A stretch of 64,000 nt of DNA from Iphione sp. A-MEVVRFRX5 (Eukaryota), in assembly GCA_976226885.1 (NCBI GenBank), contig OZ320313.1, positions 45,880,001 to 45,944,000 of the forward strand. Direction: 5' to 3'. The notes below the pieces were generated by a model, which worked only from the letters and a program-made list of their open reading frames with translations, was not told the DNA's origin and ran no database searches. Shown piece after piece: positions 50,560 through 61,758 of this stretch. Within the stretch, counting starts at the first letter, position 1. Each line of letters opens with the position of its first letter. The translations under genes were made by a program, and so were the position numbers.

Positions 50560-52720
50560 GTGATGGCGGTGGGGTTGGATCCTCCTGGCAGGGATAAAGG
50601 CTCTACAGAGCCATACTATTAAACACTCTGGGTGAGTTAGGGTAGACTGGGTTACAATACAACAGCAGGGGATTAATCCGTTCTCTGATGCTGTAAGGAT
50701 AATGTAAGGGTCGATAATACTACTTACTGATTGCCAGGCAACGTGTCTGGTGACAGGTACTGCATAAGGAGCTTGTGAGACAGTCTGTCTCTCTCCTTGA
50801 GTGGTATAAGCAGATTGTTCCACATCTGTAGCCCCCTGTACATAAGGGAGTTGGTGAACGGTCGAGGCAGGTCAGCTTGAGGTCCCACAGCCCCTCATCT
50901 CTTTCTGCATGTAGTCGTTGTCAGTAGCCCAAGCCTGGTCGGTTAATGGACTGCTGAGACTCAACGACACAAGACAAGATCACCAACCTGGCGGATCTTC
51001 ACTGACTTCATCAGCATGGTCACAAGTTGGTCGGGGTTGGTCTGGAGACTCCTGCGGGCACATTTGTTTAGATGTACCTGCAAGCGGATGATGTCATCTC
51101 TTGGCAGCCTGAACCAGGTCACAGCTTGATAGTGGAAGTGTGACATTATGAGGCTCTTGAATACAAGTACTCTACAGCCCGAGGGAAGCACTTGCTTTAG
51201 CCTTCCAAGGCAGAGTGCGATACCCCACGTTTGACCAGTTAGTTGTTTGATGGATGCTTTCATCCTCAGGGTAGCATCCAGACAGTAGCCTAGTATGCAG
51301 TTTGGGTCAGCCATGGCTAAGCTGCTGTCATTTAGCCTCAGGTCTAACGGAATTCTGGCAGCTTTGCCCATTGGGCAATAAGAGCACTTTCCTACACTTA
51401 GTAGGAGCCGTTCATCCTGGCACCATTTGGGGACAGTGTTTGGAGTGTGCAATGGAGCCCCTCTTAGTCGAAGATCTTGTGCTTCAGCGAGGACAGTCAA
51501 GTCATCCACATATATAACGGCATGACAACTGTCAGGAAAGGATCTGGGAATCAAGTTGATTACGAGGTTGAAGGTGAGTGGGCCAACGATGGACCCTTGA
51601 GGAACACCTTGCAACAGCCGCTGTGGTCCAGAGTCTTGGTCTGCACACTTTACAAACTGGCTCCTACCCTCCAGGTAGGTCACCAGTCTTCATGTTTTGG
51701 GGCCTGCCACCATGGTGGTTAGTCTTCTTACAATTGTAGTGGAGACATGCTTGTCATCTGCTGGTCCCTTACCACGTGATGTGAGTATGAGCTAAGAATA
51801 GACATCAAGCTTGATTATTATTGTGTAATCTAATGTCCAGGTGTTGTGAAAGGGTGATCGTGTAGCCACTCCTGTGACCACTCCGGTAACTTTACAGGAG
51901 CCATTACAGGAGCAACCAATCAGAAGGTTGCAGAGGTTATTTTTCACAACAGTCTAGACAGAATATCTAAATGAGGTCTATTTTTAGTACAGAAGCCGGA
52001 CATATGTCTAGAGTATTACTATTCTGAGACATTATTGCATAATCACCGTATCATTTAATGTTTCTACAGGAGTATATAAGACTGTACTTTTCTGTAATAA
52101 ACAGATTTGTACTCTCACTGCACTGTGAGAAAGCACCATTCCAGCAGGCTAGATTTCTGCATTTGGAGTGAACCATATTTCATGATTGTTGTTATCATTT
52201 CTCGTTGCCTTTCTTGTTGGAGACCAAGCTCACGTTACACGTTATTGGAATGTGGGACCAGATCAAAGGCTTTCTTCAAATCCAAAGCGATCATAGGGAA
52301 TAGGGCTGATTCTTTCCACCTTCTAAGAGTCTGGGAATCACCCTGTCTCCAGTATCCTGGAGTAAATCCAAGATAGGAAATCCAGACAGCAAAGAAACAG
52401 GGCTTGAGGATGCATGAGGGCACACCCTCCAGACCAGAGGATTTCCGTACACTCATCTGGCTGACTAAACACCTGATCTCCAGTGGTGTTGGTGCCGTCA
52501 GTTCAAAATGGCATCCATGGAGGTTTATATAAGTGACAACATTCTCTGCAAGAGGTTGTACAGGGGCACGTACTTCTCTGGTTGTGCTCCTTGTTTCAGG
52601 CAGTAGGATCAGGGAGCACCGGCTCGGTGTTGGCCTTCCCCAGTGCAGCATTACGGACCTGCCATGTTTTGGAAGTAGTACTGGAAGCCTCAACGATGAG
52701 GTCATTCAATATGCATTAAA
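50560..52720 (-). mobile_element. Decayed CR1/L2-type LINE reverse transcriptase, internally deleted and interrupted
   Basis: ORF 52235-52705 has KSSGLEGVP...LK, WKESALFP and ALDLKKAFDLVPH. ORF 50961-51683 has YLEGRSQFV, GVPQGSIVGPLTF, IYVDD and ILGYCLD. The NYRPIS segment is missing. Confidence 0.88.
51777..52237 (+). mobile_element. Probable solo LTR (about 460 bp) inserted in the LINE RT
   Basis: Ends TGATGTGAG ... CTCACGTTA (7 of 9 inverted match), CACG on both flanks (51773-76 and 52238-41), TATATAAG near 52073 and AATAAA near 52096. Confidence 0.55.
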
Positions 52721-52786
52721 AAATCCAAATGTTAAAGCTTGGGTGAACACAGACAAAATGCCTGACTGATGTGTCTGCTCCTCTCA

Positions 52787-52925
52787 GACCTATCCCAAAG
52801 CCAACAATAGGGCGAACAAGGACAAAGTGTCTGATTGAAGTGCTCACACCTATCCCAAAGCCAATGTTTGGGCGAACAATTTAAGCATCTGAGTGGAGTA
52901 GTCACTCCTCTTGCACCTATCCCAG
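52787..52925. repeat. Short tandem repeat of about 62 bp (acctatcccaaagccaa...gggcgaacaa)
   Basis: Two near-complete units plus a third partial acctatccca. Confidence 0.7.
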
Positions 52926-55169
52926 AGAGACAGAGCTAATATGAGTTTATAATAGTTCACATTAAAATCATGTTAATGTCTAACTTTGCTTCAAACTGAA
53001 GGTATGCATAAGAAGTGAGTGGCCTTATGCCACTTATCTGAAATGTAAAAAATCCAAATCCCCAAAGAATTTGCTTAAAATGACCACCATTCCGTTTTGG
53101 AGAATCATCTGTATGTATTTGAGACATGTAGTTTAGATAATATATATGATCACCGAAAAATGGGTTAACATGTAGAACACAGCATGGGAGAAGTGTGGCA
53201 TGGAAGCTGAGTGGACATATATAACTGAATCTATGTAGAGTGTCACCTCGGCCTCCACCCACCTCTCTAACTAGACCACTTCCCCAATAAGACCATTTTT
53301 AAGGAACAGGATTACATAAATATACATAAATATCTCTCTTTAATAAGACCACTCCCTATTCAGACCATTTAAGGTCAGAACCAATAATGGTCTTATTAGC
53401 AAGGTGACACACAGTCAAATGCCATTATGCAACCACAACATAATATACCATAACAAAAAAATATTCAGAGCCAAATGGTATCAACATAATATATAATAAT
53501 AAGGTTATACCATAATGCACCAAAACCAGTAATGCAACAACTTCCTTGAAGTATGGAGGGTTGGTAGCATAGCAGCATTCAACTGTACAGGTATTTGACA
53601 TGTACACATTTTTCAAAACAAATGTGGCAGAACATGTGCAATTAAATTTCAGCTATTCTTCCTACCAAAGTTCTCAGTTACACAAAATCAGTTACATATC
53701 AAGTCACGCCGTGGTATTCTCGTTCATGTGTGCTCGCAACATGTACAGCTCCACAAGTATATATCCTGAAATCCATGATTCCATAAATAGTAGCCATTAC
53801 AGGAGCCTCTATAGAACATAACACATTTATACCAAATGCCCAAACATGTTTTACACTATGAAATGTTCATACTGTAGCTTGTGAGTTGATTCAGTGAAGA
53901 AGTTCCACAACCCGTCATGGTTTCACATCTGTTTGTTGGCCACATATATAGGACCTATATTTACAATAGACTCAGTGTCATGTAACTAGGACAGGTGTAA
54001 CCAATAGAACTTTAACATGAAAAGTAATATTCTGTAATTAGACACAATCTCAAAAGAATATTCTAGACTAATAGGAACCTGACAGTAGAAAACTCCTCTA
54101 GTACTGGAGGCCAATCATAAAGTCAGCAGCTCCAACTGTAATTACAAATTCCCAGGGGCCCTTAATGGTGCCATAGATATGCACTTGCACAGTGACCTTA
54201 ACAGCCCGTCTTTGTTAGCAGACAGCTTTGTAGCAAGAGAAATGCACCTAGTGACCTTATTGTCTCTTGTTTGATAGCGAATGAGTCCATGGTGCTATGT
54301 ATACAGCTACTGAGCCTTATTTGATAGTGAATGATCAAATGGTACCACTGTTATGAACTCAATGACTGCAACAGGTCCGTAATGCCACAGATGTGAATAC
54401 AAATGTGTTTTTCTGCCTGACAGAGGGCCATAATCATACAAATATCAATGTAATATCCTGTAATTGTTCGCAAACTCTTTCTACTATGCTGCATCTGTTT
54501 GACATTTATAGTCTGCGATTACAAAGGTATTTTAGGCGCTCCAGTTAACACAGAGATTTAGAGATTATAAAACCACAGCATATTCTTTCTTCTTTGACTG
54601 TACATATCAATAACAATCTACAGACCTTCTTGTAGGGTTGCTTATATTGTACATGGATGCAGCTTAGCGTTGCTGAGTTCATATAAATGAGCGGCATCCT
54701 CTCAAATTTCAATTAGATAATATCTGATATCTGAATCAAAGAGGGATGTGCATTACCTTCATCAACCAAACCCATGCCCCGTTGCATATTCTCATCATCT
54801 CTTATTACTTCATCTTTGTATTAAACATCATAGTACCTAGAAGCTGCCATGATGGAAACTTCTGGGCAGGAAGGATGCGAAGGGCTCTAAATGTCATCGT
54901 CTAGAGAGCTGGTTACAGCGAATGATATCTTTGATATATAACGAAATTCTCTACAAAATCTTTTCCCAAAAAGACAGGGAAGAATGATCAAACAAAACAA
55001 TATTTATTGCACCGTTTTTACCGTAAAGAAACAAATGTGCTAGAAGAACATACAAACAGAAATTTAAAATTAAGAATGTTACATCAGGTTTAATAAAGAT
55101 TCTTACATTAACATTCCTGTTGAACTGTATATTTTCAGTTAGCGGGATATAGTTAAATGGATACCTAGG

Positions 55170-57486
55170 TTAAATCGACCGGAACAAAATGCTGCTACCC
55201 ATAGCAGTTACGAGCAGTTTTTTTTTGTTCAAAACGCTATCGTCGCGTCCAAATCTTCTTTCCCCACATTTCAGTGGTTCTAGTAATACTGGTTGTTGAT
55301 ATTGGCTGGTGTGAGACTGAGTAAGGTGCTTTCTATCCATTGACATGAGACAGTCTTCAATGGTGCTCTTTAGAAGGTCACTATGGACGTTGTTTCTCAC
55401 AGTAATGTGGAAGTTGACAGTAATAAGACCTGGAAACCCTCTCACAGTCCCTCCTTTGACTTTGTAAGCTTAGGGGATTTCTCGCGTGACAGGTTTAAAA
55501 GCCAGACCTATTGTCCGTAGAAAATGTGTTCTCTGACTTTTTCGTCCAAATCCAATACTGAATCGTGGTGATGAAGCCGACTGTTGTCAACTTGGTCCTA
55601 GTCAAGGAGTACTTCAACCCCTGTAAGCACTTTTTCCTGTAAACGTAATACTTTGGCATGTCCAAACACTGGATTGCAATCGACTCGGGATCCCCTTCAA
55701 CCATCTACAAATCCCTCGGACTATTTCCAAATGATCCCCATGTCATCCAGGCATTGAGACCATATGGATGATTCTGAATAAAAATTCTGGGGTGAATACA
55801 AATTCTTCTTATCTTTATCTGGAAGGGCTTCGAAAGACTTGGCCATAAATTGCGTAAATATAGCAGGCACATCTCTTAAACCGCAGTGTTTTATGCGATA
55901 CTGGTGATGGTTGGCGAAAATCGTTGCTCGGATTTTACCTGGTCCATAGAGTGATTCAGGGTGGAAGAACCTTCTGACGAGGTTCAGGGTAGAGCAGCTC
56001 ATGTGCCCTCGGGAGCTCCTAGGATAGGATCGATTTGTTGCAGAGGGTTGGCGTTTTTATTACCGCGCTTATCTGGTCTTTCATGAAGGATAACCAGATC
56101 GGAGATCTGGAAAAATCAGTCGTATGTCCGATTCATTTCACGCAAAGGTCCAATATTTTCTCTCATACCCTATGGGGTTGCCTGCCTTACATCGTGATGC
56201 TGAATATATGTAGAGTAATATCTGTACAGGCCTGCTAGGAGATCTAAAAACAACAAACTTCTTGTGGAGATTTTTAAGGCGAGACTCCTCTAGAATTTTC
56301 AATTCAGTAATAGCGTTTTAACACAGGCTATAATATGCTTGTTAGTTATGCGTCTTTTCATTTTCCAAATTCTATGTGGAGTCTTCGATACTTATAAACT
56401 TTTTTCCTCTAGGTGAGGACAATCCTGTCCGTTCCAGATTAATTTTGCCAATATTATTTTTCATAACCTTTATTTACCCCGATACGTATATTGATAGCGT
56501 ACGTTCTTTTTGGTCAAGTCTCGGTATTACATTCGACTCATATGTGCAATATATTCATCGGTGTGATTGGATGAGAACACACAAGTTCAATGATGGATGA
56601 TTTTTGCTAGGGCCTGCTATCTTCATGGTTAAAGAAAGAGAACGCTTAGGTCAGTATCTCTATGTGCGCTGACTGCGTCGCAGATTGTATGATCAGGAGT
56701 GTTCGTAGGCTGTTTTGAGCACCAACACATATTATAAGTAATACTCACTGGACGACGCCCTGGCGGGTACCATAGTTCATTATCGACTTTCTACACAAAG
56801 CCCAGGGTAGCCTCCGAGGTTCATTACACTTGAAGCGATTAACAATGTTGGCCTTGGAACGAGCGGGGTTCTCAGTTTCGGTCTAGTTTAAATAAGGGTA
56901 CTCATATCTAAAGTGACCTTCTTCTGCACAGGCAAAGCCTTCTCTTGTTTACATGGCCCATCCTCTGACCTAACCAGCAGATCCACAAGCAGCATACCTG
57001 AAGATTATATAAGTACAGATTGTGGTCATTCTCCGACGTGGTGGAAGGACTCAACTTTCTCTCTGAAACAAGGTGCCTGTGTTCGCGTAAACCTTTGTGA
57101 CCGCTGTTTTCATTACAGTCTCTTTTTGTTTCGCTTTTTCAATGGACGTCTGCAGCTCATGGTTCATGGTGGCAACGGCTTGAACCAAGGGCTGGGAGCA
57201 GGCCATGTTGACCTATTTGCAATCGTGGGTGCCCCACTGCCACTTAACCATGCACTGTGGACAAAGTTCATCTTGAGCATCCCCTTCGATGCTTGGGTGT
57301 AGCACATTACACTAAGCGTTTAAATTGACCTGCAGCGTTTCTTTTCCTCCTGACGTAGGCGTACAGTTTAAATTGGATGTCTTCAGCTTGGGACTAAAAT
57401 GATGTCCGGAGTACCTGTATTCAGAGTCCGACATGCATCCCACGTTTACTCTAATAGTAGGGTGTTCGATCAGGCCTGCAAATGCA
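55170..57486 (-). pseudogene. Heavily decayed coding-like region; Cys/His cluster followed by a helical segment (B-box/coiled-coil-like)
   Basis: Manual translation across stops gives ELCPQCMVKWQWGTHDCK*VNMA...MNHELQTSIEKAKQKE, then GLCVES(D)NELW and GTRQGVVQ fragments. The family call is tentative. Confidence 0.3.
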
Positions 57487-57830
57487 TAAGGCCCGGTTTC
57501 CTTATGTGCATTGGTATGCGTTTGTATGCGTGTGCGTTTCAGTGCGGGAAATGCATCGACGGGGTGCTAATTGGTTTTCGCACCTTTTCTCCGCACACCG
57601 CCGCAGACCGCCGCAAAGGGGTGTTCCTTATTTGCGGTGACATCCGTGCGTTTGAGTGCGTTAGCACTTAGGGAAGCTTGGGGAAGCCCCGGGGACTCCC
57701 ACGGAAGTGACGCGCTGCCTAGTAACGGATGTTTATAAGCCCGCCAAATTTCAGCGCCAACCACCACTTCGACAGAAGAATTCACCCTGTTCGGACGTTT
57801 TCTTTGCCGACTATCCGAATATCCGTCACG

Positions 57831-60714
57831 ATGTTGACTCCACAGGAGTTGGTGCTTACGACGGTGATCTTCCAGGCTTTCGAACAAGCGTACGCATTGT
57901 TTTACAGCCCAACTGTAACGAAAGCAGTGGAAGAAGCGGCTACCGAGAAGAGAAAACACAAGTTCTGGCAAGACCCCATCATCGAGAAGCGGAACATCTT
58001 GGGGGCTTTCCACACCTTGATTCAAGATTTTCTTCACCACAATGAGGCCTTTAGAGGCTACTTTCGCCTGACCATTCCCCAGTTCAACGATCTCGTCCAC
58101 CGACTGACACCGTACCTGAAGAAGAATCCGCGGAATGGACGCATCATTTGCCCTAAGGAGCGAGTAGCCATATTTCTACGGTATGTATTCATTTCCATTG
58201 TGATTAATTTTTTTTTTTGTGTCTTTTTCTCCGTTTATCAGTACCTCCGAACATCCGTTTTACCGATTAACCGTTTAACCGTTTATCCGTTTGCCTTGTA
58301 TACTGTGTTGAGAATAGCCATATTTCTCAGGTCTCTTTCTTTTTTTTTTTTTAAATTTTTTTTTTTTTTTTTTGGATTTTCCGTTTGTCCGAACATCAGT
58401 ATGTCCGAACATCCGTTTTACCGATTAACCGTTTCTCCGCTTTCCTTGTAAAACAGTGTTGTTTAATTCCAAAATGTAATTTTGTGTGTTTGCCAAATAT
58501 CTACCGAACATCCGTTCAACCGATTATCTGTAACATGTTTGAGATATTCCAAATGTAAATGTGGGCCTTTTGTGCAAAAAATACCGAACGCCCGTTTTCC
58601 TTGTTTAACCGTTAATAATGGCATTGATGCACCTTTGTAAGCATTGTTGCTATTGTGTACACTGGTATGCCCTGTTTATTGTGCAGTTTGACAAAGAAGC
58701 ATTCACGAATTAAATTTTTATTGATCAGACTGGCAGGCTAAGATACAAGTAAACAATATGAGTCCAAATTAAAAAGAGACAATTAGACCCCCTCACCTCT
58801 ATTCGTACCACAGAAATATTACTACAGAATTTGTAGGTAAACACTGCTATCAAAAAAATTGTTTGTTCAGCTGGTATGATTACATTCAATAGTAGTGTTT
58901 GTCGTATACATTATTCACAATGTTGTTGGCCTGACCGAGCAGCTCGGTGAACCCCCCCGCTGCTGTGACGCCCTGACTATGCCCATATTCAGAGGGTTCA
59001 TCATTTATTAGTCGCTTCTGCACTCTGTTGTTTGGAGTGGCATGCTGGGTGGTTGTGGGTGTTGCTGGATACTGGGAAACACGCGTGGTAGGTGTGCTTG
59101 TTGATGGCCTGTTGTTATGGTATCTCAATTCGAACAGTTCATTCCTCACTCTGTGCAGGAACATGTCCCTCTCGAGCGGATGTAGATCTTGTGCATCTTC
59201 CACGATTTGTACCCAGGGGCGCCACTTTGGACTGCGCCACTCCTTCACCAGTTCGGCGCACTCCGATTGTAAGGCCGAGGAAGTGGCCCCTTCGTCCCTG
59301 TTCGTCACCTTCTCCAGGCACTTCACAGCCATCGCCATATGGTCGTTGAAGACGCCCGCCTTTTCATTGAGGTTCTTCACCTCAACGACACCAGCAGAGA
59401 CCTTTTTAGTGACCCTTTGTTTTTTCGCACCTACAGGTTGTCGCGGAGTGTCTTTAGCTTTGCACTTTGTTGGTGGTAGCGGAGTATCGGTCTCTATCTT
59501 GACAACCTCCTCGTCTTGTGTGGTGACATCATCAAAGCCCTCCTGTGAAGTTCTGTAATGAAAGAAAATGTGGCAATAAGTGTGTGTAATGTCTTTGTCA
59601 CAGGTTTGCAGCGACTGGAGAGTCTCAAAAGAGCCTCTCACTGCAGTACCGGCTTGGCCGTGCTACAGTTCACAAGATCATCCGCGAGGTGGCAACCGCC
59701 ATTACAAAGGAATTGCGTGATGACTACTTGAAAATGCCTTCCACTGCCGAGGAATGGAGGAATGTTGCAGCCAACTTCGGCGAGAGCTGGGACTACCCAA
59801 CATGCCTAGGTGCAGTGGATGGCAAACACATCAAGATGTTTTGCCCCAAGCTGTCTGGATCGCTATTCTACAACTACAAGTGTGAGTGTCATATTAATTT
59901 ACATCTCAATTATCCGTTTTACCGATTATAAATTTTCCGACTCTCCGTTCATTCGATTATCCGTTTGCCAGAATTTATTTATATGTACATGGATTTTTGC
60001 CTGTTCCATTATTACACAATAACCTCTAACATTGCATCTCTCTTGATTCCAGCTACATACTCGGTCGTCCTAATGGCTGTGGTGAACGCGAACTATCAGT
60101 TCATGTACATCAATGTCGGCAGTTATGGAAAGAACAGTGACGCTGGAATTTTCGGCCGGTGCTCATTCGGTAAGGCACTGAATGCTGGCGCCCTGAATCT
60201 ACCACCACCAACTGTTCTACCGGGTGCTGATCATCTGGGACCCCTGCCCTTCACCTTCGTAGGCGACGAGGCCTTCCCCCTATCTCCAAACCTGATGCGA
60301 CCCTTCCCTGGAAAATCCAACGCCCGACACAAGACCATCTTCAACAAGAGGCTGTCCAGGGCCCGACGTATGGTCGAGTCATCGTTTGGCATCCTGGCAG
60401 TGAGATGGCGGATGTTCCACACCAGCATCTGCCTCGACCCTCATACGCTTACCAAGGTTGTACATGCGTGTTGTATTCTCCACAACATGATTCAGGCCCA
60501 TACCACCCCAGCCAAGATCAAGTTGGTACGCGACACAGCTAGACAGGAGACCAACATTTTTAGGGACACCAGACCCACTGCCCATCGAATGCGAAGAGCT
60601 GGAATTGCAGTGAGAGACGCGTACGCCAAATACTTCACCCATGTGGCACCCCTGCCTTGGCACTTGAGCAATGCTCGAGAGCTGGGGTACGAGGAGTCAG
60701 ATGAAGAGGACTAA
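57831..60714 (+). CDS. Harbinger (HARBI1-like, DDE_Tnp_4) transposase, join(57831..58180,59604..59881,60053..60714), 429 aa, open
   Basis: 350+278+662 = 1290 nt. Junctions CG|gtatgt...cacag|G (ERVAIFLR-FAATGESQKSLSLQYRLGRATVHKII) and T|gtgagt...ttccag|CT (YNYK-STYSVVLMAVV). Motifs CLGAVDGKHI, GDEAFPL, RARRMVESSFGIL, ACCILHN. Confidence 0.93.
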
Positions 60715-61022
60715 GTATACTAACCCTGGTATTGGTTCCAGAATGCTGTCATCATCCACCTGACTGGACGCCTCGAGTTCCTGGGTTGGCTGGGAGGCCT
60801 CTTGTGATTCCTCCTCCTCATCAAAGGAGAAGTTCGATTCACACTCCCTCTCCTGCACGAGCGGTTCCAGGAATTTCATGTTATCATAGAATTTCCATTT
60901 CTTGAATTTTGCCGTCGCCTGGCCACTTTTTGTGATCCCATCCTTTCTTTTCTTCATGTACTCATCACGAAGAGAGCGCCAGCGGGTCTTCACAACTGCA
61001 CAGTCGAGGTCGTTCTTGTTTT
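58886..61022 (-). CDS. MADF/Myb-SANT-like Harbinger accessory protein, complement(join(58886..59552,60725..61022)); 5' exon(s) not located
   Basis: Exon 61022-60725 encodes VKTRWRSLRDEY...TKSGQ...KKWKFYDNMKFL, the C-terminal half of a MADF domain. Donor GG|gttagt at 60724 and acceptor ttttctttcattacag|A at 59553 join in phase (EPIPG-TSQEGF). Stop TGA at 58886-88. Confidence 0.88.
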
Positions 61023-61258
61023 CTGTAGTGTATAAATGTGTACAGTGTTCAATATGTCAATATTTCCAGACAATAACATTTACTCATTTGCCGCATTGCA
61101 TTACAGGACACATAGCGCATTACAGGACACATAGGATTCAGATATTACTCAGCAATGTACATGTATTCATTTCTTGTTTTTTTTTTAACCCAAGTTTATC
61201 CGCATGTCCGAACATCCGTTTATCCGCACGTCCGAGCATCCCTTTCACCGTTTATTCA

Positions 61259-61470
61259 GCTTCAGCTTATTAATCGTTTTCCCTCTGCATTTCAGGCCAT
61301 AGTGTTAAGAATTTTCGTAGTTGGTAAGATTAGTCTGTTCATGCCATTACTTAGTCGTTCTGCTTCAGCTTATTAATCGTTTTCCCTCTGCATTTCAGGC
61401 CATAGTGTTAAGAATTTTCGTAGTTGGTAAGATAAGTCTGTACTTATTATAATACATTCCATTACTTAGT
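61259..61470. repeat. Tandem duplication with a period of about 103 bp in the MADF upstream intron
   Basis: gcttcagcttattaatcgttttccctctgcatttcaggccatagtgttaagaattttcgtagttggtaagat at 61259 and 61362. Confidence 0.9.
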
Positions 61471-61758
61471 TTCAGCTTCACTTTATTTTTATCTTATTCT
61501 TGTCTTTATGAACCAGCCGTCAGTGTTAAGAATGTACATCTATTGCTAGTGGTATCTCAAAAAATTCGACATCTGGAATAATAATGAAAGGTGAAATTGA
61601 ATATATGACCATGGTAGGTTTATTGCAGTACTTTTTTCTTGTTTTTCCTATAAAAAAAAAAAAAAAGACATATTTAGTATGTGGGAAAGAACAGTCTCAA
61701 CGGAAAAAAAGACAATGTTCATGTTCCTGAGCCGGCGTTCAGAGTTAGGCCCGGTTTC

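Noticed and set aside
59028-59558. 176-aa plus-strand ORF and other ORFs overlapping the Harbinger genes (59092, 59139, 60231, 60379, 60902)
   Set aside because: Antisense or alternative-frame shadows of the MADF and transposase exons with no independent motif.
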